NCBI GenBank assembly: GCA_949285105.1
Contig: CASDXH010000001.1
Coordinates: 14,180 to 78,179 of the forward strand
DNA: 64,000 bases
Direction: 5' to 3'
From: an uncultured Mycoplasma sp.
GTDB lineage: Bacteria; Bacillota_I; Bacilli_A; Mycoplasmatales; Mycoplasmoidaceae
The notes beneath the pieces were generated by a model, which was given only the letters and a program-made list of their open reading frames with translations, made no database searches and was not told where the DNA came from. The position numbers were made by a program, and so were the translations under genes. Position 1 is the first letter of the stretch. Every line of letters begins with the position of its first letter. Of this stretch, positions 46,342 through 57,587 are shown in pieces.

Positions 46342-47391
46342 CTATTTGTTGTATACAACTTTTCTGTATTCTGGTTTCTTTTTAATAACTTCTGGCAAAA
46401 CAATTTCATCATCTTTTTTACCAACAAATGATTTTGGCAATCCTTTACCTTCAGCAATTGCATCAGAAAGAATTCCAATTAAAAGATACACAGATTTAAT
46501 TGAGTAGTTGTTTGCTGGAATTACATAATCTATATCAGTTGGGTCAGCATTTGAGTTACAAATAGCTACAACCGGAATTCCAAGTTTCTTTGCTTCTTTT
46601 AAAGCATTCTTTTCATTTTCAGGGTCAGTTAAAATTAAAACCTTTGGTAGTTCTTTCATAGTTCTAATTCCACCAAATGCTTTAGCAAGTTTTTCTGTAT
46701 CTTTTTTAATTTGAACTTGTTCTTTTTTAAGATACTTTTCAACTTCACCAGTTTTGTGGATAACTAATAAGTTATTGAATTTTTTAATTGAATTACTTAT
46801 AGTTCTAAAGTTTGTAAGAGTACCACCTAATCATCTTTCGTTGATGTAGAAAGATTGAGTTCTCTTAGATTCTTCTTTAACATGATTTTTTATTATCTTT
46901 CCTCTAGTACCAACAAATAATGCAGTGCCGCCGTTTTTAGTTAAGTTAACCAAAAAGTTATAAGCATCACTTAAAGCCATAACAGTTTGCATTAAATCAA
47001 TTATATGGTTAGTACCTTTTTTAGCATAGATATATGGTTTCATTTTTGGATTTCATTTTCTAGTAGTTAATCCAATATGAGCCCCTGTTTCCATTAATTT
47101 ATTAACACTTACAAGTTTTCTAAACTTGTTGTTTGCCATAGCTGGATTTGCATTAATTTTTAACATAATGTTATTTTCGATTTCAGAAGCTTTGTCTTTG
47201 TAACTTACTGGTTCTGAAGTTTTTGTAACATTAGTATTAGTAGAAATTGGTTTTTCTAATTTTTTAGTTGCAGAACTTTCTTTTTTTGTTTTTGTTGTAG
47301 TAGCTGGTTTTTTAGCTACTTTTTTTTCTGCTTTTACAGCAACTGATTTAGTTGCTGATCCAACTTTTTTTTCATCTGCTTTTTTAGGCAT
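46342..47391 (-). CDS. rpsB: 30S ribosomal protein S2 with a roughly 90-aa Lys/Thr-rich N-terminal extension
   Basis: Fragments 47053-47391, 46831-47043 and 46342-46659 are in frame (gaps checked). The S2 core begins near LVSVNKLMETGAHIGLTTRKW. 349 aa. Confidence 0.9.
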
Positions 47392-47485
47392 TTTTTCTCC
47401 TTATAAAATTAAATACTTTAAGATTATATAACAATTTGTAACTATATTAAATTATTAATAAAAAAATAATTAGCTAACTTAATAA

Positions 47486-48457
47486 CTAATTATTTTCAAA
47501 ACCTAATTCAATATCAGTAATTGAGACATCAATTACAGATTTTCTACCAAACATATCAATTTCAACTTTAACCATGTTATTTGTTTTATCAATTGAAATT
47601 ATGTTTCCTTTTTCTCCAACCATTTCGCCTGATTTGATTGTTACAAATGTTCCAACTTTAATATTTTCAAGATCTTTATCATTAATATCAAAATCAAATA
47701 CTTGTGGTTCATTTTCATTTTCAAGATATATAGATTCATTGTTTGAATCTTGGTTTGATTCATTAAGATCTTCTTTTACTACATTTACAGTTTCAAGTTT
47801 TACTTCTTGATTATCATTTGAATTTTCTTCATTATTTTGAACTTTAGTTGAATCATAATAATCATCATTGTTTGGAATGTTTACAACAAATGGTTTGTTG
47901 TGAACAGCAACAACTTCTGGCTCATCAAATTTAGTATCAACATCTTCAATTGGTTTTAAGTTTTCTAAATCATCTTCAACATATGAAATTCCAGATTTGT
48001 TAATAATAATGTCTTCATTACTTGCTTCATTAAATAATCTTTCAACTTCAAATTCAGACATTGGAATTGGTTTAGCACCTTTACCAGATGAACCAACAAA
48101 TCCTGTAATACCAAATGTATTTCTAATAACATATCAAGCTTGCTCTTCCATGATCATCTTGATGTATATGTACCCTGGAAATCTATTAATCTCTCTAATT
48201 CTAGTTTTTTTGTATCTATTACCTGGTAAAGTTGTTCAAGTAATAGATTTAGTATTTCTCATTAATTTAGGTGGGGGGTTGTCTTTATTATCAAATACTT
48301 CGATAGTAATTTCTCTAGATTTAAGAAGTTTGATTTCTTTAACAACATCATTTAATCTAAATGCTCTAATCTTATCTTCAAGTTCTTTATAAACAACATC
48401 TTCATTACCAATGATACACGTAGCAATATATCATTGAGCTTCATTAACAATACTCAT
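47486..48457 (-). CDS. nusG: transcription termination/antitermination factor NusG with a roughly 120-aa acidic insertion
   Basis: ATG at 48457 (MSIVNEAQWYIATCIIGNED..., NGN domain, ...GITGFVGSSGKGAKPIP) is in frame (checked) with 47486-48061, whose C-terminus is a KOW motif (KVGTFVTIKSGEMVGEKGNIISID). 323 aa. Confidence 0.9.
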
Positions 48458-48470
48458 TTTTTAACTCCAA

Positions 48471-48806
48471 TTATAAACTTAATAATTTTTGCATACCGAT
48501 ACCAACTCCAGTAAAGATTGCAGTTAGTATAATAACAATACAAATCACAACAATAAAATTTTTAATTAAATCTGATTTGCTTGTTCATGACATTCTTTCA
48601 AATTCTTTTCCTAAGCCAAAAAAGAATGTTTTAAGTTTTAAAGATAAACCTTGTTTTTTTACTTTATTGTTTTTTACTTTCTTTTTCTTTTTGTCTTCAA
48701 CTATGGTTTCAACTCTCTCTTCTTGTGTTATTTGAACATCTTCATCATTGGTGTAGATATCAGTTAATACAAGTTCTTGGTTTTCTTTATTTTTTTTATC
48801 TTCCAT
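48471..48806 (-). CDS. secE: preprotein translocase subunit SecE with an N-terminal charged extension
   Basis: ORF 48585-48806 continues past TGA into a single TM segment (NFIVVICIVIILTAIFTGVGIG) to TAA at 48471. 111 aa. Lies between rpmG and nusG. Confidence 0.8.
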
Positions 48807-48811
48807 AATTA

Positions 48812-48958
48812 TTACCTTGTTTCTTTGTGAAGAGTTTTTTTATTGCATTTAGGACAATATTTGTTTAACTCTAATCTTTCTTTTTTAAACTCATTTTTTT
48901 TAGTTTTATAGTTTCTAGAGAGACATTCATCACAAATCATTATTATTGATTTAGACAT
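48812..48958 (-). CDS. rpmG: 50S ribosomal protein L33
   Basis: [48 protein letters not shown]. 48 aa, CxxC...CxxC. Confidence 0.9.
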   Translation of the reverse strand: MSKSIIMICDECLSRNYKTKKNEFKKERLELNKYCPKCNKKTLHKETR

Positions 48959-50475
48959 AATCTTTTTATTTCCTTTTTAAGCTTAATAGTTTGCATTTCC
49001 TTTTCTTTTTTAACTAATAAGTAATTTATAAAAGGTATCCCTATAAATAATATTATAAATGAAAAAAAGACAATTGAACCTTCCCGGTTCTTAACCTTTA
49101 ATGCATCACTTGGTCCATAGAACACACCTCAACTCAATGTACCGTTAGGATTAGAAAAAGCATTATACATAAAATCATAGAAGAATTGGTAACCAAAGAT
49201 AACAAGTATTCCAATACATGCAAATATAGCTATAGGCATAAATCCTTTAACTTTAGTAATCTCAACCTTTTTGGTAAATCTATTTATTATTGCAAATAGA
49301 ATTACAATTCCATAAATTGCAAAGAAGAATAATGTAGGGAAGTTTGACATACCATCTGTGAAAGCATCATGTTTAAACACTATTGCAAAAATAAGATTAA
49401 TTATGAATCAAGGTACACAAGAAATCGAGAACAATATTGCACCAGGAATTAATTCTTTTTTACCAGATAGTGTATATAAAACATCTGCTTTATATACAAT
49501 TCTTTCGTGAATTAAATAATCAAAAGATCTAATTGATGTCATTGTGATTGAGTTAGCAACACCAAACACAGCAATAAACATTGAAACCTTTACGATGTAT
49601 TCAAAAGCAAGTTGTACTTTTACATTATCTTGGAATATTGCTTTAAATACATTTGATACAATACCTTCACCAACTAAAATTTGAACAATAGTTATAAGAA
49701 TATAGATGATAGAACAGAATATCATACCAAAAACAATTACTTTAGAAACCATTTCTGGTTTTTTCATTTCTTTACTTAAATTACCAACGCCCAAAAATGA
49801 ATCAAAAGCGAATAGAATTGCAGGTAATGAACTTAGAATACCAGCTGGATTAATTGGACCAAGTGGGGAAACAGTTTCACTCCCATTCTCACCACCTGAA
49901 ATAATTACATTAAATCTGTTTCCGTTTTCCACTTGGTTAAAGAAAGCAAATCCTAAAATTATTACTAACACTATTGGTAAAAACTTAACTATTGTGATTA
50001 CCATTTGCATTTGCTTTGATGCATGAAAAGCAAATGTATTTAAAGCAATTAATCCCGCAAATATAAATATAGAAACAATCACCACTCAATAAAAAGGAAC
50101 TTTATTATTTTGGTCAAAAATACTAAATAAAGCTTCACCTGTAAATATGAATATAGCAACCATCAATATTGAGAAATAAAAGAATGGCATATTCACTTTA
50201 ATAAAGTAACCTGTTTTTTTACCAATTAATTTGCCAGCCCAACTAGCAAGTCCTGCTTTTGAGTGCTCGGTTGATGAAACTTCAGCAAAACTAAAAGCAG
50301 TACAAACCGAAACAACTGCTGCAATAATTCATGAAATAAGAATTCCATAACCATTTTGATGATTAGCAGCAAATACTGATCCATTTTTTAAAAATATACC
50401 AATACCAATTACACTACCAATAAGTATTGCCAAAGCAGAGAAAAATCCTATTTTTCGCGCTTTCTTTACACTCAT
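48943..50475 (-). CDS. APC-family amino acid permease
   Basis: ATG at 50475 after AGGAG ([28 protein letters not shown]). In frame (gaps checked) with 49408-50085, 49129-49380 and 48943-49125. 510 aa, multi-TM. The 3' end overlaps the rpmG start by 16 nt. Confidence 0.85.
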
Positions 50476-50627
50476 TATCGTCTCCTTTCATTAATAAAAA
50501 AATCTCTTTTTAATAAAGAGATTTTCTATATGTATATATTGTACATAAATATTTATTCAATTGAAATAATTTTAAGGTACAAGTTGATATATTGTTATTA
50601 ATCTATTATTTTTGATAATTCTTCCCT

Positions 50628-51233
50628 TAGGTATTTTTTAGTTATTTGATATTGTCTTCATAAAACTATTTTCTCTTTTTCACTAAATTTAGAATCATCA
50701 AATATAGTTCTTTCACCACCATTTGAAAGTTTATCAATAATTCATTTTTTATTTTTAGGTTCAATATTGTTTTCTTTTAAAAACTTACTAGTTAAATCTA
50801 TTATGTATTTAGCAAATAAGTCTTCTGAGAAGTTATAGAATATTGTTCCAGAATAAATAGATATTGAAGGGTTTATGCTTTCAATAACATGTTTATCTTC
50901 AATCCCATTAAACTTCATGTTCCCTTTAGTTCCTGCAGTGAAAGTTCTATTATAGTTTAAGATTGTGTTTTTACAAAAAGTAAATCAAAGTTTTGGAAAA
51001 AAATCTGAGGTATATTTTTTTAACTTAATATTGGATTTTAATACTGCTTTTAAAAAGCAATCATATAAAATTGTTTTCAACTCATTTTCACCCAGTGTAT
51101 ATGCTAAGTATTTTAGTTTGTATCATTTAAAAGTATATCCATATACTTTGTTTCAGTATTTATTTAATAAGTAGTTAAAAGCATCTTTATTTTTTGATTC
51201 TCTAATCAAATAAATAATTTCTAAGTCAGTCAT
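50628..51233 (-). CDS. putative sigma-70-family RNA polymerase sigma factor (SigH-like, highly divergent)
   Basis: Absent from the track (7 TGA codons). ATG at 51233 after AGGAG. All codons checked to TAA at 50628. The region-2-like N-terminus is IYLIRESKNKDAFNYLLNKYWNKVYGYTFKW. It sits where sigH sits in the Firmicute cysS-rlmB-sigH-rpmG-secE-nusG cluster. 201 aa. Confidence 0.45.
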
Positions 51234-51241
51234 GTTACTCC

Positions 51242-51970
51242 TTAAAATAATAAATAGAATAATATTATTCCAACAGAGACTGCAACATTAAATGATTGCA
51301 CAGAATTTTCTTCCATTGGAATCTTTACAATAGCATCTGACTTTTTTAAAAGGTTTTGTGAAACACCGTTATTTTCATTGCCAAATATTATGGCTATTTT
51401 ATCAAAGTTAAGTTTTTGTTTTGAAATATCAATAGAATTATTACTTAAAGCTGATGACACTATTCAATAGTCTTCATCTTTTAGTCTTTCTATAGTGTTT
51501 GATAAATTGGTAACTCTTAACAAGTTTAATTGCTCATATGAACCCATACTAGTTTTCACTACTGTTTCATTTATTTGGACTTGGTTATCTTTCTTGAAAA
51601 CTATATTATTAACCCCAAGTCCAAAACTTGTTCTCATTATCGATCCAAAATTACCAGCATCTTGAATCTCATCTAGAATTAAAATAATTTTTTTATTAGA
51701 TAAACTAGAGCTAGTATTATTTATAATATTTAAAAATTCATTTATATCTTCTATAAATAATTTATCTTTAGATTCAACTATACCAATAACATTTTGGTGA
51801 TTGACATTATTAAATGTATTAAATATTTTGTTATTACCAAAATAAACAGGAATGTTTTTCTTTTTAATATCAGATACTTCGGGGAAAACAACTTTAGTGT
51901 ATAAAGCTTTTAATCTGTTAACTTTAAAAGCTTCGATAACAGATTTTTTCCCTATAATATATTTTTCCAT
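51242..51970 (-). CDS. rlmB: TrmH/SpoU-family 23S rRNA (guanosine-2'-O)-methyltransferase RlmB
   Basis: I place the start at MEKYIIGKKSVIEAF. LDEIQDAGNFGSIMRT and IPMEENSVQSFNVAVSVGI motifs. Two fragments joined by a TGA. 242 aa. Confidence 0.8.
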
Positions 51971-52041
51971 AATATTCAACTCCTGCTTACCGGTAATAAC
52001 TATCAATTTTTTATTAAAAAATTATATTAATACTTTTAAAT

Positions 52042-53355
52042 TTATATTAGTTTTTTATCAATTAATTCTTTTCTTGAAATATCTGATTTTTCAAAATCTT
52101 TATTATTTTTATATTGATTTCATTTTTTTAGTAGTTCTATATTTTCGGGTGTATGAACATCAACATATTTTATTCCCATTACATTTAAATATAAAAGTAA
52201 TTCATTTACTTTAAGGTTTAAACCATTATATTCTTTTTGTCTTAACATTGTGTTTGCATCTTTAACAATTTTGTTAATGTCACTCACAGCATTTGGAAAG
52301 TTTAAATCATTTAATAAACTTGAAAACAAGTTATCTTTGTCTATATCACTTATTGAACTAAGTTTATCTTCTATGATTAAATAACTTTTAAAAGTATTTA
52401 GAGAATATAAAATGTTTTCTATTGATTGTTTAGCATTATCTATTGAATCATGTGTATAGTTAATTGGATTAGCATAGTTTGTTTGGTAAAAGAATCATCT
52501 AATATCATTAGAACTATATTTAGATAGTATATCTTTAGCCAAAATGAAGTTATTTAATGATTTAGACATTTTATTATTATCAATATTTAAATGCCCAACG
52601 TGAATTCAATGCTTAGCTAATTCACAACCGTTAATAGCAACATTTTGAGCATTTTCATTTTCATGGTGTGGGAATTTTAAATCGACTCCACCACCATGAA
52701 TATCAACTTGTGGTCCTATGTATTGAGAGATTAAATAAGAACATTCTGTATGTCATCCAGGTCTTCCCTTAGAAAACTTAGTATCTCAATTTATTCCTTC
52801 ATTGGTTTGCTTTCATAGTACAAAATCAAATGGTGATAATTTTTTATTATTATCAGCAACTCTACTACCTACTTCTAATTCATTTGTCTTCTTATTTGAT
52901 AGGTTACCATAAGTTGGTACATTTAAAGTTTTAAAATATACATCCCCATCTACTTGATATGCAAATCCATTATTTTGGATTTGTTCTATATAATTATTAA
53001 TTCCATTTATATGATCTGATACTTTTGGCATTTTAATAGATAAATCAATATTAAGTTTATTTAATATTTCTAAATATTTTTCAAAGTAGTAATTACTTAA
53101 ACTAAGTTCTCCTACATTTTCTTTAGCAGCTTGTTTTATTATCTTGTCATCAATATCTGTAATATTATGTACAAAATTAACATTTATATTTTTTTGTTTT
53201 AGTAATCTATGTAATACATCAAAAGTTATTATTGGTCTAATATTACCAACATGTACATGATTGTACACTGTTGGTCCACATAAATACATTGATATACTGT
53301 TGTTATTAATTTCAAGATCTACATATTCTTTTTTTATAGCATTATAGAGTTTCAT
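52042..53355 (-). CDS. cysS: cysteine--tRNA ligase
   Basis: I place the start at [14 protein letters not shown]...[19 protein letters not shown] (HIGH-type). In frame with 52120-52329, ending at TAA 52042. 437 aa. Confidence 0.9.
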
Positions 53356-53420
53356 ATTGTCAAATACCTCAATATTAATTATGATATATTGTTTTTTAAA
53401 ATTTATAGTAACAAATAAAA

Positions 53421-53442
53421 AACATAACATTAATGTTATGTT
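53421..53442 (-). terminator. terminator hairpin after the 1372-aa surface-protein gene
   Basis: aacataac / gttatgtt stem flanked by A/T runs, immediately downstream of the stop at 53451. Confidence 0.5.
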
Positions 53443-53450
53443 TAAAAATA

Positions 53451-56400
53451 TTATCTAAAGTTGTGTTTTCTTTTTTTGAATTCTTCATCAAGTCTTCTAT
53501 CAAGTTTCTTAGCAATTTTTCTTCTATCTTTAATGTTTTGGATGTATCCAAGAGTTAAGATAGGGATTAATAGAACAACTGTAGGAATAACTACTGATAG
53601 AACAACTATATCTCATCTAGTACCTTCATTTGTTGGAACAAACACTCTCATTCCAGTATATGTAATATTACTACTTGTAGTTTTACCAGAGAATGGGTCT
53701 TGAATAGTAATTGATACTAATAATGTTCCAGTAGCATCATCTGGTCCTAAAGTAATTTCAACTGGGTTATTGTTATTGTTGTTGCTTATATTATACAAGC
53801 TTGCAACATCATTCACTGTAACTTCTGAAGGAAGTTTGCTTTTTATAACAGCAGCTTCTGCTGAACTATCTTGCATAAATGTAATAGTTGTTTCAGCTGT
53901 ACTTGTATTTCTAAATCCACTATATGGCGTTGGTGGAGAAATAGTTTTAGTTACACCATTATCATTTATAGTGAATGCAACATTTAAAGTACCAGCAACA
54001 TCATCAGCAATTAAAGTTACTGAAGATATATCACTATTTGCAATATCTAAGCTATTTGTAACATTAGCAAAATATAATAGTGCTGATTTCTTTTGAGGAT
54101 CATCAGTATTTAACATAAATCTAGCAGTTAAAAGTTCTTTTGCTCTTGAAGGAACATTTGCATTAGAGAATGCACTATTACTTCCATCAGAAGTTGAGAT
54201 TTCATTGAAAGATTTAAATCCAACAATGTTAACAGGATTTTTACTTGTTTTGAAACCGCCATAGATTCTTGTGAATGTTTTTGTTGGGTAAACAGTAGTA
54301 GTTTTAGAATTTGTATTTTCAATATAGTTTTTGAATGAAACACTTACCTCAAGAGTACCACTTGAACGTGACGGAGTTAAAGTAACTGTTGCTTTGTCTT
54401 TAGTAGCGTTGTTGCTACCATAGTTTAAAACGCCAAGGGTCTCTAATTGGTTTTGAGTTACATCTGTTGCAAACATATTAGATGCACCACTAATTGTTTC
54501 TCCAAAACTAAATGTGTCAGCTAGTTGACCAGTTAAACTAGATCCACTAAATCCACTATAAGTAATTTGAATAGTCTTATTGTTAAAGCCACTAATATTT
54601 GCTCCAGATACATCAATAGAAATATCCAATGTACCTAATGTATCATTACCATTGGCTTTTACTACTTGAAAGTTTTGTCTTATGTAATCATTAAAGAACG
54701 AAGAGAAATCTGCAAAGTAAGATAATAAATCAATTTTTGATTCAGCAACATCACCATTTAATATACTAGCTATCGTTGAAGGTTTTTGTCCACGAATAGT
54801 AGTTGTATCTCTACTTGAAGTATCACTATTTAAAGTTGTATTTAAAGCTTGTTCATTAGGTTTGAAAGAGAAGAATATTGGTCTATTTGCACTTGCATTT
54901 TTTAAAAAGAAACTAGGAGTAGTAAATACAAATCTAACGTTTTCTTGGGTTCCAATTTGAGGAACAGTTAGATCAACTAGTATCGTACCATCTGCATCAT
55001 TTGGTGTAAGTTGAACATTATCTTCAGTGGCTTTTATTAAATCATCATTTTGCTCATTGTTAAATGCAGAACCATAGATTATAAAATCATCAAGAATTTC
55101 TTTTTTAGAAACAGAAGAAGCAACTTTATCTGAATATTTAACACTTAAGTTTTCATATTTTGTAGAAGTTTTATCATAGTTAGTATCTACTACTTTGACA
55201 CTACCTTGATCTCCATATTTATCAACTCTAAAGAAAGGAACAAGTTCGCTACCTAAAGTACCCGAGAAAGTTCAATTTTCACGCTTAGTATATGTTTCAC
55301 CTTCTTTAGTTCAAGCAATTGGAATAGTAACACTTATATCCATAGAACCATTTTGATCATGTGGAGTAAATGATACTATAGGGTTAGTAATGTTTGTAGT
55401 TTGAATTAAATACTTTTTAACTTCATCAGCTGTTATTTCACTAGGTTTTTTATTTCTAATATATGTTGGTACTTCAAAATTTAATATACCGTCTTGTCCA
55501 TCTTCTTGTCTTTCAGCAAACGTAACAGAAGTTTCAGCATTGTTAAAAGTATATTGTTGTTTACCAATAACAATTTCTTTTGTATCTGTTGAATTAATAC
55601 TTCCGTCAATATTTACTTGTCTAAGTTTTTGTTTGAATGTTAATTCAATAGTATAAATTCTTTGGGCTTTTTGACTCGTTAATGTACTGGCTTGTGGATA
55701 TTCAATAACAATATCAGGGTTAGTAGTAATACGTGGATCAATAAAGTTTATGTTTAAGAAATCTCTATAAGCAGTAGATGATTTTAAGTAAGTTTCAAAC
55801 GAACTAGTGTATTGCCCATCAGCATTAAGCACTTCTTGATATAAAACAGATTGGGAAACTTCACTATTTGATTTAATAGAAACAGAAGCTGGAAGCTCTC
55901 TGTTTGCTGAAGAAGAAAGTTTATCTCATTGACCAATTAATGTACTACCTAGGAATTGAGCAAAAGTCCCATCTTCCATTTGAGCAAATCAACTTGGATT
56001 AGTTCTTCTTGTTACTAAGTTATATATTTTTCCTAATTTAATAGTAGAAGTTTCAAAATCATATAATAACTTAGGGTTTTTCTTACTTGCATCTAATTGA
56101 ACTACTCTATTTTGTTCATCTAGTAATACATAACCATCAATTGCATCTTCATTTGCTTTATATAATTTTTGAATTGAATATAGTTTGCTATTTGAATATA
56201 AATAATCAAATAGATCAATGTTTCTTTCAGCTAAATTAAATGCATTAGATAGATTTAATGAAAGTGACCCTATTTTTGAAGGATTTGGTGAAATTGATTC
56301 ACTATTCTTTTTAAATGTGTAGAAAAGTTCATAAGATGTACTTGAGTTTTGGATTATATTAATTCCAGAAAGTTTTTTATCAGCTAAGAATTGAGGGTTA

Positions 56401-57569
56401 TTTGTATCATTTAATTTAAATGTTGTTGCATTGTTTTTATCATTAACATTTATAGTTTGACTACCAGTGTTTACTCCATCAATTTTTATAATAGATAAAA
56501 ATTTATCTTTAGTTTCTGTACTGTATTCCTCTGCTTGATAAGTTAAATATACAGTAGCACCATCTCTGACTGTAATAATTGGTTTGTACTTTTTATTTGA
56601 AGCAAATGCTTGACCACCAAGAACAGTTGAATCTATTGTTATTGTTTTAGTAACTGTTGGTTGAACTTGCGGATTAGAAAAATCAGTTTGACTCAAACTA
56701 ACAAAACTCATTGATGCATTGGTTGTTGTTGCAATTCCTCCAGTGTTATTAGAATTTATATCAGGCACATTCATTATTTGCATAGTGTGAGTAGAAGAAG
56801 ATTCAAGAACCATAAAGTTATAATCTTGTGTTCCACCTGATGGAGCATCTAAAACTTTTACAAATTCATATGAACCACCCTTCATCTCTTCCTGACCAGT
56901 TAGAGTTTGATTTTCTCATTGAATTCTAAATAAATAAAATTTAGAATCATTCCCTTTTGTTAACACAAATAGAGATTTACCAGCACCATTACCACCAGGA
57001 GAATAAAGTAATGATTTAATAGTTAAAGAATTAAGAGATGTAGTAGATCCTGTTCCTGTACCACCGCTATTGGTTTTAGCAGCACTAAATAAATCACTTG
57101 TTTTTACAACTCAATCAATTGAACCAGCAGCTGATGCCAATCCACCACTACTTCCAGTATTAAACGTATTAACTAAATTAAACTTAGTAATTTCATCTAA
57201 TGTTAGAGCTGCTTGACCACCAGTGCCACCAGAAGTAGAACTATATTTTGTACTTGAAGTAATTGTTGCATATGCATTATAGTCATAATCATATACAGTG
57301 TTTTGTTGAGGAATATTTGAATTATTAGTAATAATATCATTCAAAGGAACAATATTAGTTGTTTTATTTGTATTTGGATTTTTAGTTAGTGCCTTTTCTG
57401 TTACACCAGATCTTGAAACATTCGTTTGTGAGTTAAGAGATGTTTGATATGAAAAAGAATCAACAGAATTATTGTTGATCAAACTTGCAGAAACAACTGA
57501 AACAACACCAGTTGTTACAAGTGATAGTGTCGAAATTTTAAATAATCTATTTTTTAAATTCTTTTTCAT
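53451..57569 (-). CDS. very large modular surface protein (1372 aa): N-terminal signal peptide, repeated modules, C-terminal TM anchor
   Basis: Fragments 57111-57569, 55989-56885, 55311-55832 and 53613-54629 share one frame. All gaps checked: only TGA. N-terminus MKKNLKNRLFKISTLSLVTTGVVSVVSA. C-terminus WDIVVLSVVIPTVVLLIPILTLGYIQNIKDRRKIAKK... Recurrent (D/N)xxxGTLxVxxxI ... GF(K/R) modules. Confidence 0.85.
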
Positions 57570-57587
57570 ATTTAACCCTCTCTAAAA

